Below are positions 47,285 through 53,068 of a DNA stretch of 53,068 nt, in pieces. This DNA comes from Actinomycetota bacterium (lineage in GTDB: Bacteria > Actinomycetota > Acidimicrobiia > IMCC26256 > VFJJ01), in contig VFJJ01000075.1 of NCBI GenBank assembly GCA_009886115.1, forward strand, positions 1-53,068, written 5' to 3'. The translations under genes and the position numbers were made by a program. Positions within the stretch are counted from its first letter, which is position 1, and each line of letters begins with the position of its first letter. The notes under the pieces were generated by a model. The model did not search any database. It had not been told where the DNA came from and worked only from the letters and a program-made list of their open reading frames with translations.

Positions 47285-48853
47285 CTAGATCTTGCGGGTC
47301 TGGCCGACCCAGTACGGATCGCGCAGGCGGCGCTTGTACAGCTTGCCGTTGGGATCGCGGGGCAGCGCGTCGCTGAAGTCGATGGTGCGCGGCAGCTTGT
47401 AGCGGGCGAGCTGGGTGGCCGCCCACTGGAGGATCTCGGCGGCGAGCTCGGGCGACGGCGCCACGTCGGCACCCGGCACGAGCTCGACGACGGCCTTGAT
47501 CTCCTCGCCCAGATCGGGGTGCGGGATCCCGAACACCGCGACATCGGCGATGAGCGGATGCTGGACGAGCGCGCCCTCGATCTCGGCCGGGTAGATGTTG
47601 ACGCCCCCGGCGATGATCATGTCGGTCGCCCGGTCGTTCAGGAACAAGAAGCCCGTGTCATCGAAGTACCCGATGTCGCCAACGGTGAAGAACCCGTTGA
47701 GGCGTGACGCCTGGGTCTTGGCGTCGTCCTTGTAGTACTCGAAGTTGGGCGCCCCGCCCATGCGCATGTAGATCGTCCCGGCCTCGCCCGTCGGGAGCTC
47801 GTTCCCGTCGGCATCGACCACGATCACCTCGGAGTTGGGCCAGGGCCGGCCCACCGTGCCCGGATGGGCCAGCCACTCCTGGGGGGAGACGATCGTCCCG
47901 CCGCCCTCGGTTGCCGCGTAGTACTCCCAGATGACCGGGCCCCACCATTCGAGCATGCGGCGCTTGGTCTCGACGGGGCAGGGAGCCGCGGCGTGGATCA
48001 TCTCCCGGAGCGACGACAGGTCGTACTTCGTGCGTTCGGCCTCAGGCAGGCTGAGCATGCGGTTGAACATCGTGGGGACCATGTGCGACTGCGTGACCCG
48101 GTAGCGCTCGTAGCGCGAGAGCGCCTCCTCGGGCGTCCATCGGTCCATGAGCACGACGAGGTGGCCGAAGTGCAATGAGATCGTGGCCCAGTTGTTGACG
48201 GCCGTGTGGTAGAGCGGCGCCTGGGTGATGTGCACGCCGTCGTTGTGGGCTTTGGTGCCGAACAGCGAGAACAACCCGCCGCTGTTGGCGGCCATCATGT
48301 CGGGGTCGATGCCGGGCAGGGCACGGCGCACACCCTTGGGCCGGCCGGTGGTTCCCGACGTGTAGAACATCGGCGAGCCGCTCGTGCGCTCGGCGGGCCG
48401 GGTCGAGGGTTGGCCGGCGATGAGCTCGGCGAAGGGCCGGAATCCTTCGACGGGGCCGACCGAGAACCGGTGACTGGCCGGGACGCTCGTCTCGGTGAGC
48501 ACTCGGGCGGCTTCGCCGGCGAAGCGTTCGTGGACGATGAGCACCTTGGTCTCGGAGTCGTTGACGATGTACGCGATCTCGGGGCCCACGAGGTGCCAGT
48601 TGACCGTGGTGGTGTAGAACCCGGTCTGGAACCCGGCCAGTCCGCACGCCACCTGCTCGAAGCAGTTGGGGAGCACGGTCGTGACCTGGTCGCCCGCCCT
48701 GAGACCCAAGGCCAGCAAGCCGTTGGCGACCCGGTTGGCGAGCTCGTACAGCTCGCCGAAGCTGAGCTGGTCGTGCTCGGGCGACACGATCGCCGGCCGG
48801 TCGGGCACGGCTTCGGCGATCTTCCAGAATCCGAGGAGCGAGGTGTCGGTCAT
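47285..48853 (-). CDS. Acyl-CoA synthetase (FadD4-like)
   Basis: YTSGTTGRPKG, HAAAPCP, EYYAATEG, GGVNIYPAEIE, NGKLYKR. Confidence 0.92.
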   Translation of the reverse strand: MTDTSLLGFWKIAEAVPDRPAIVSPEHDQLSFGELYELANRVANGLLALGLRAGDQVTTVLPNCFEQVACGLAGFQTGFYTTTVNWHLVGPEIAYIVNDSETKVLIVHERFAGEAARVLTETSVPASHRFSVGPVEGFRPFAELIAGQPSTRPAERTSGSPMFYTSGTTGRPKGVRRALPGIDPDMMAANSGGLFSLFGTKAHNDGVHITQAPLYHTAVNNWATISLHFGHLVVLMDRWTPEEALSRYERYRVTQSHMVPTMFNRMLSLPEAERTKYDLSSLREMIHAAAPCPVETKRRMLEWWGPVIWEYYAATEGGGTIVSPQEWLAHPGTVGRPWPNSEVIVVDADGNELPTGEAGTIYMRMGGAPNFEYYKDDAKTQASRLNGFFTVGDIGYFDDTGFLFLNDRATDMIIAGGVNIYPAEIEGALVQHPLIADVAVFGIPHPDLGEEIKAVVELVPGADVAPSPELAAEILQWAATQLARYKLPRTIDFSDALPRDPNGKLYKRRLRDPYWVGQTRKI

Positions 48854-48948
48854 CGGCGGAGACTAGAGCACGCTCTGCTGTCGTCTCCGGGTTGGCGCGC
48901 CGCCCATCTTCGCCAGCCGGCCCCCCGGCCCCCCCGACATCTGCCCGC

Positions 48949-48984
48949 GGTTCAGCCCGAGGTTCAGTCCGAGGTTCAGCCCGC
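48949..48984. repeat. 12-bp tandem repeat x3 in a divergent promoter region
   Basis: GGTTCAGCCCGA / GGTTCAGTCCGA / GGTTCAGCCCGC. Confidence 0.85.
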
Positions 48985-49032
48985 CCGTCGGACAATTGCT
49001 GACGGAACGGGGCGTGGCCCAGACTCGGCGTC

Positions 49033-49887
49033 ATGCGAGAGCTCGCGGGGTGTACCGCGGTGGTCACCGGGGCGGCGAGCGGGATCGGGCTGGCGATGGC
49101 CCGCCGCTTCGCAGCCGAGGGCATGTCGGTGGTGATGGCCGACGTCGAGGCGGCTGCGCTCGACGAAGCGGTGGCGAATCTGCCCAGCGCCGCCGAGCCC
49201 GTGCTCAGCCGCGTGTGCGACGTTCGCGACCCGGCTGCTGTGGCCGCGCTGGCCGAAGCTGCCGAAGCCATGTTCGGCCCCGTGCACGTGCTGTGCAACA
49301 ACGCGGGCGTTGCGGCTTCGGGACTCACGTGGGAGCAGTCGGTCGCCGATTTCGAGTGGGTGCTCGGGGTGAACCTGTGGGGCGTCATCAACGGCATGCA
49401 CGCCTTCGTACCCCGGATGCTCAGCGGCGGGCACGAGGGTCACGTGGTGAACACGGCGTCGATGACCGGTATCGCGCCCGGCCCCGCGGTCGGCGCGTAC
49501 GGCGCATCCAAGGCCGGCGTCATCGCGCTCACCGAATCGCTCCAGCACGACTTCGCCGCAGCCGGGTCACGGTTGCGGGCCCACGTGCTCGTGCCCAGCT
49601 TCACCGCCAGTCGCATCCTCGAGTCGGCGCGCAACCGTCCGGGAGCAGCACCCGGGCCCGAGTCCACCGGGCGCGATGACCTCGGGCCCGATGACGCCGT
49701 GCGGGTCGCTGCGTTGGCGTCGATGGCCCAGGCCCAGTCGGCCGAGCACGTCGCCGCCGTGGTCGTCGACGGTCTTCGTCACGATCGATTCTGGCTCATT
49801 CCCGATCCGCGGGCGATGGCCCGGGTCGAGCGCCGACACCGGGAGATGCGAGCCGACGCGGCCGCGGTCTCCATCGAAGCGATCTGA
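49033..49887 (+). CDS. Short-chain dehydrogenase/reductase
   Basis: TGAASGIG, NNAG, YGASK. Confidence 0.92.
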   Translation: MRELAGCTAVVTGAASGIGLAMARRFAAEGMSVVMADVEAAALDEAVANLPSAAEPVLSRVCDVRDPAAVAALAEAAEAMFGPVHVLCNNAGVAASGLTWEQSVADFEWVLGVNLWGVINGMHAFVPRMLSGGHEGHVVNTASMTGIAPGPAVGAYGASKAGVIALTESLQHDFAAAGSRLRAHVLVPSFTASRILESARNRPGAAPGPESTGRDDLGPDDAVRVAALASMAQAQSAEHVAAVVVDGLRHDRFWLIPDPRAMARVERRHREMRADAAAVSIEAI

Positions 49888-49897
49888 GGAGCCGAGC

Positions 49898-50827
49898 ATG
49901 CATCGTCGAGACGTTCCGGTGATCGTCGAGGTGGCGCTCAACGGCGCCACCAAGCGTGAGCGGACCCCGCATGTGCCCATCGCGCCCGCCGAGGTTGCCG
50001 CCGATGCGCTGGCCTGTCTCGAAGCGGGAGCGTCGATCGTGCACCAGCACGACGAGCACGGCGACCCCGAGGGCATGGCCGCCGACAGCCTCGCGGCGTA
50101 TCGCGAGATCCTCGGTGTTCGCCCCGATGCCCTCTGTTATCCGACCACCAGTTGGGGCGGACCCATCGAGCGACGCTGGAGCCACCACTTCACGCTGCAC
50201 GAGGCCGGGGTGCTGAGGGTGGCGTTCGTCGATCCCGGGTCGGTCAACCTGGGAGGTGCCGACGCCGACGGCATGCCCATCCCGTCGGAGTTCGTGTACA
50301 CCAACACGTTCCGCGACATCGTGTGGAAGTTCGACCAGTGCCGGACGCTCGGCTTGGGCCCGTCGATGGCGATCTTCGAGCCCGGCTTTCTCCGCGTGGC
50401 GTTGGCGTACGAGGCTGCCGGGGCCATGCCGGCGGGGGCGTTCGTGAAGCTGTACTTCGGCGGGGGCGTGGGCTACCTCGGGGGGACGGGCGGGCTCTCG
50501 TTCGGGCTCCCCCCGACCCGCCCGTCGCTCGACGCGTACCTGGCCATGCTCGACGGCTCGCGGTTGCCGTGGGCCGTTGCCGTGCTCGGCGGAGACGTCG
50601 TCGAGTCGGGGATGGCCGGCTGGGCGCTGGCCGAGGGCGGTCATCTCCGGGTGGGGTTGGAGGACTTCGCGGGTGGTCCCGGGCGCACGCCGGGCAACCG
50701 CGAGCTGGTCGAGCAGGCCGTGGCGCTGTGCCGCGAGGCCGGCCGTCCCGTGGCCACACCCGACGAGGCTGCGGCCATCCTCGGGCTCCCCGCACGCTCG
50801 GCTTCGTCGCCCGGCACACCAGGCTGA
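49898..50827 (+). CDS. Beta-keto acid cleavage enzyme (DUF849/BKACE)
   Basis: EVALNG, AGASIVHQH, GGHLRVGLED, GRPVATPDEA. Confidence 0.88.
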   Translation: MHRRDVPVIVEVALNGATKRERTPHVPIAPAEVAADALACLEAGASIVHQHDEHGDPEGMAADSLAAYREILGVRPDALCYPTTSWGGPIERRWSHHFTLHEAGVLRVAFVDPGSVNLGGADADGMPIPSEFVYTNTFRDIVWKFDQCRTLGLGPSMAIFEPGFLRVALAYEAAGAMPAGAFVKLYFGGGVGYLGGTGGLSFGLPPTRPSLDAYLAMLDGSRLPWAVAVLGGDVVESGMAGWALAEGGHLRVGLEDFAGGPGRTPGNRELVEQAVALCREAGRPVATPDEAAAILGLPARSASSPGTPG

Positions 50828-50856
50828 GCCCTGCGCCGCGAGCCGCCGATCGATCG

Positions 50857-51807
50857 TCAGGTCACGGGGTTGAGGGGACGATCGCCAGCGAGGACGGCCA
50901 CCACGTTGGCGCAGGCCATCCGCGCCATCAGGGTCCGGGTCTCGACCGATGCCGAGCCGATGTGCGGGAGCAGCACGGTGCGCGGGGCGGCGAGCAGCCT
51001 GGGGTGCACCACCGGCTCGTGCTCGTACACGTCGAGCCCGGCGGCGAAGAGCCTCCCCTCCTCGAGCGCCACCGCCAGCGCCTCCTCGTCGACGACCTGG
51101 CCCCGGGCGGTGTTCACGAGCACCGCCGTGGGCTTCATGCGTCGGAGCCGATCGGCGTCGATGAGGTGACGGGTCTCCGGTCCGAGGGGAATGTGCAGGC
51201 TCACGACGTCGGACTGTTCCAGCAGCACGTCGAGGTCGGCCACGTAGCCCGGCTCACCGGTGGGTTGACGGGCGTGGTGGAGCACGTTCATCCCGAAACC
51301 CTCGGCCCGGCGGGCGACCGCTCGGCCGATCCGGCCGTGGCCGACGATCCCGAGCGTGGCCCCCGAGACGTCGCGGCCGAGGTACCCGAGGATCGACCAG
51401 CTCTCCCAACGACCACCCCGCAGATCGGCCTCGGCGGTCGAGCACAATCGCGACGCCGCCAGGATCAGCATGAACGCCAGGTCGGCGGTGGTCTCGGTGA
51501 GCACACCCGGCGTGTTGGTGATCGTGATGCCGTGGGCTCTGGCCGCCGCCACATCGATGTTGTCGTAGCCGACAGCCACGTTGGCGACCACGCGGAGCCG
51601 GCCGCCTCGGGCTCCCGCGACGAGCACGTCGGCGTCGACCCGGTCGGTGAGGAGAACCACGAGCCCATCGTGCTCGGCGGCCGCCTGGGCCAGCTCGGCC
51701 CCGGTGAGGGGATCGTCGACGGGGCGAACCACGGGCTCGATCCCCGCCGCCAGCAAGGGGTCGAGGCCCCCGTCGGGCACGTGACGGGTGACGAGAACCG
51801 ACGGCAT
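50857..51807 (-). CDS. D-2-hydroxyacid dehydrogenase (glyoxylate reductase-like)
   Basis: AVGYDNID, NTPGVLTETTADL, GHGRIG, NTARG, PHIGSAS. Confidence 0.92.
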   Translation of the reverse strand: MPSVLVTRHVPDGGLDPLLAAGIEPVVRPVDDPLTGAELAQAAAEHDGLVVLLTDRVDADVLVAGARGGRLRVVANVAVGYDNIDVAAARAHGITITNTPGVLTETTADLAFMLILAASRLCSTAEADLRGGRWESWSILGYLGRDVSGATLGIVGHGRIGRAVARRAEGFGMNVLHHARQPTGEPGYVADLDVLLEQSDVVSLHIPLGPETRHLIDADRLRRMKPTAVLVNTARGQVVDEEALAVALEEGRLFAAGLDVYEHEPVVHPRLLAAPRTVLLPHIGSASVETRTLMARMACANVVAVLAGDRPLNPVT

Positions 51808-51949
51808 GGGAGCTCTCCTCGTTCGGCGGCGCGAGATCGAGCCGGGCGCCTCGATCTGCTCCGGACACTAACCTCAGTCGGAATGGGCCAGGGCGGTGCG
51901 ACGACCTGTACCCGAGTTCCAGGCCCCGCCCTTCGAGGCTCGTGATCCC

Positions 51950-52660
51950 ATGGATTCCGTGACTGCACCCGACGCTGGCCCCCACACCAATCTCGGCGCG
52001 GATCCCGGGAGCGACGCTCGACGAGGCCCCGGCGGGCCTGCGTCGCGCGATTCGAACCCACGCCACGACGGTGCCGTCAACGGTGCGCAGGCCGAGCGAC
52101 GCCAGCGGATCCTCGACGCGGCCATCGTCCTTGCCCGCACCGGTGGCTACGACGCCGTGCAGATGCGTGAGGTCGCCGCCTCGGCGGAGGTCGCGCTCGG
52201 CACGCTCTACCGCTACTTCCCGTCCAAGGAGCATCTGCTCGTCTCGGTGCTGCACGACCGCGTCCAGGCAATGACGGTGTTTCGCGCGCAGCCGCCGCTG
52301 GTCGGCGACGATCCTCACGACCGGGTCGTCGAGCTGCTCCGCTGGGCGACCCGGGCGCTGCAGACCGAGCCGCTCCTGACGGCCGCCACCTTGCAGGCGT
52401 TCGTGTCACCCGAGCCGTCGTTGGCCGAGGTCGTCCGAGCTACACGCGACGCGACGACAGGGGCCATCGTGCAGGCCCTTCGCGGCGGACCGGGAAGCGC
52501 GGCCGACGCCAACGTGGCCCGGTACCTCCAGTACCTGTGGATGTCGTGCCTGACCTCGTGGATCAACGGTGCCTCCACAGCGGTCGAGGCTCTCGACGAG
52601 CTCGAGGAAGCAGCGCGGATGCTGCTCGCCGGGGCCTCGACCCGGGATCCCGACGCCTGA
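51950..52660 (+). CDS. kstR: TetR regulator, KstR-like
   Basis: ERRQRILDAA...GGYDAVQMREVA..AEVALGTLYRYFPSKEHLLVS matches the recalled KstR HTH; start uncertain. Confidence 0.75.
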   Translation: MDSVTAPDAGPHTNLGADPGSDARRGPGGPASRDSNPRHDGAVNGAQAERRQRILDAAIVLARTGGYDAVQMREVAASAEVALGTLYRYFPSKEHLLVSVLHDRVQAMTVFRAQPPLVGDDPHDRVVELLRWATRALQTEPLLTAATLQAFVSPEPSLAEVVRATRDATTGAIVQALRGGPGSAADANVARYLQYLWMSCLTSWINGASTAVEALDELEEAARMLLAGASTRDPDA

Positions 52661-52748
52661 GTGTCGGGCTGGTAGGGCCCCTGCTCAGGGGGTCTCCCTC
52701 ATGGGGGGCGCCGTCTGGGGCCCTCGCTGGACTTGGCACAATGGGAGG

Positions 52749-53068
52749 GTGAGCGTCTTGGGGGTGCGCGGTCTCATCGTCGTCGTGGCCGCGCTCACGC
52801 TCTCGGGCGTGGCCTGCTCCGACCCCGATGACGGCTCATCGTCTTCGGCGTCGTCATCGGCATCGACGAAGCCGGGCTCGGCCGCCGAGATCGGGATCAG
52901 CGTCGGCTCAGGTGGGCCGGCCGGTACCGCGGCCTCGACCGCGGCCTCGACCGCGGCCTCGACCGAGCCGACCGAGCCGACCGATACCGCGGGTGCTCCC
53001 GGCCCGGTCGATGACGCCACCTCGGGTGTGCCGTGCGCTGCGACCAACGCGACGCCAGATGGCGAAGC
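52749..53068 (+). CDS. Lipoprotein, partial (runs off the window end)
   Basis: CACAAT -10 box then GTG; LTLSGVAC lipobox; Ser/Thr/Ala linker with in-frame 12- and 9-bp repeats. Confidence 0.65.
   Translation, partial: MSVLGVRGLIVVVAALTLSGVACSDPDDGSSSSASSSASTKPGSAAEIGISVGSGGPAGTAASTAASTAASTEPTEPTDTAGAPGPVDDATSGVPCAATNATPDGE

Noticed and set aside
52685..53047. Minus-strand 120-aa ORF
   Set aside because: Antisense to a plus-strand lipoprotein ORF that has a lipobox and a -10 box

Overview
High-GC actinobacterial chromosome segment, most like Acidimicrobiia (inferred from the GYWLVASDGGIFAFG repeat proteins, mycothiol enzymes and very acidic lipoproteins). It holds about 45 CDS. The dominant theme is steroid/lipid catabolism: a CYP125-like P450, echA19, three acyl-CoA ligases, two thiolase-like/DUF35 pairs, an acyl-CoA dehydrogenase and a KstR-like regulator with candidate KstR boxes. 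There are also many uncharacterised surface proteins, mscR with its MBL-hydrolase partner, a MacAB-like ABC export locus and a small accessory islet (decayed vapBC plus an AAA_14/DUF4143 ATPase). Best leads: (1) a 60-aa Sm-like protein with a two-hairpin leader; (2) tandem Cys-bracketed acidic lipoproteins divergent from the P450 across a KstR box; (3) a 42-aa repeat module shared by three secreted proteins; (4) 22-bp-phased direct repeats at the AAA ATPase promoter; (5) pervasive 3n micro-duplications at gene ends. No rRNA, tRNA, CRISPR array or transposase was seen. Family calls come from motif recognition and recalled sequences, not database searches.
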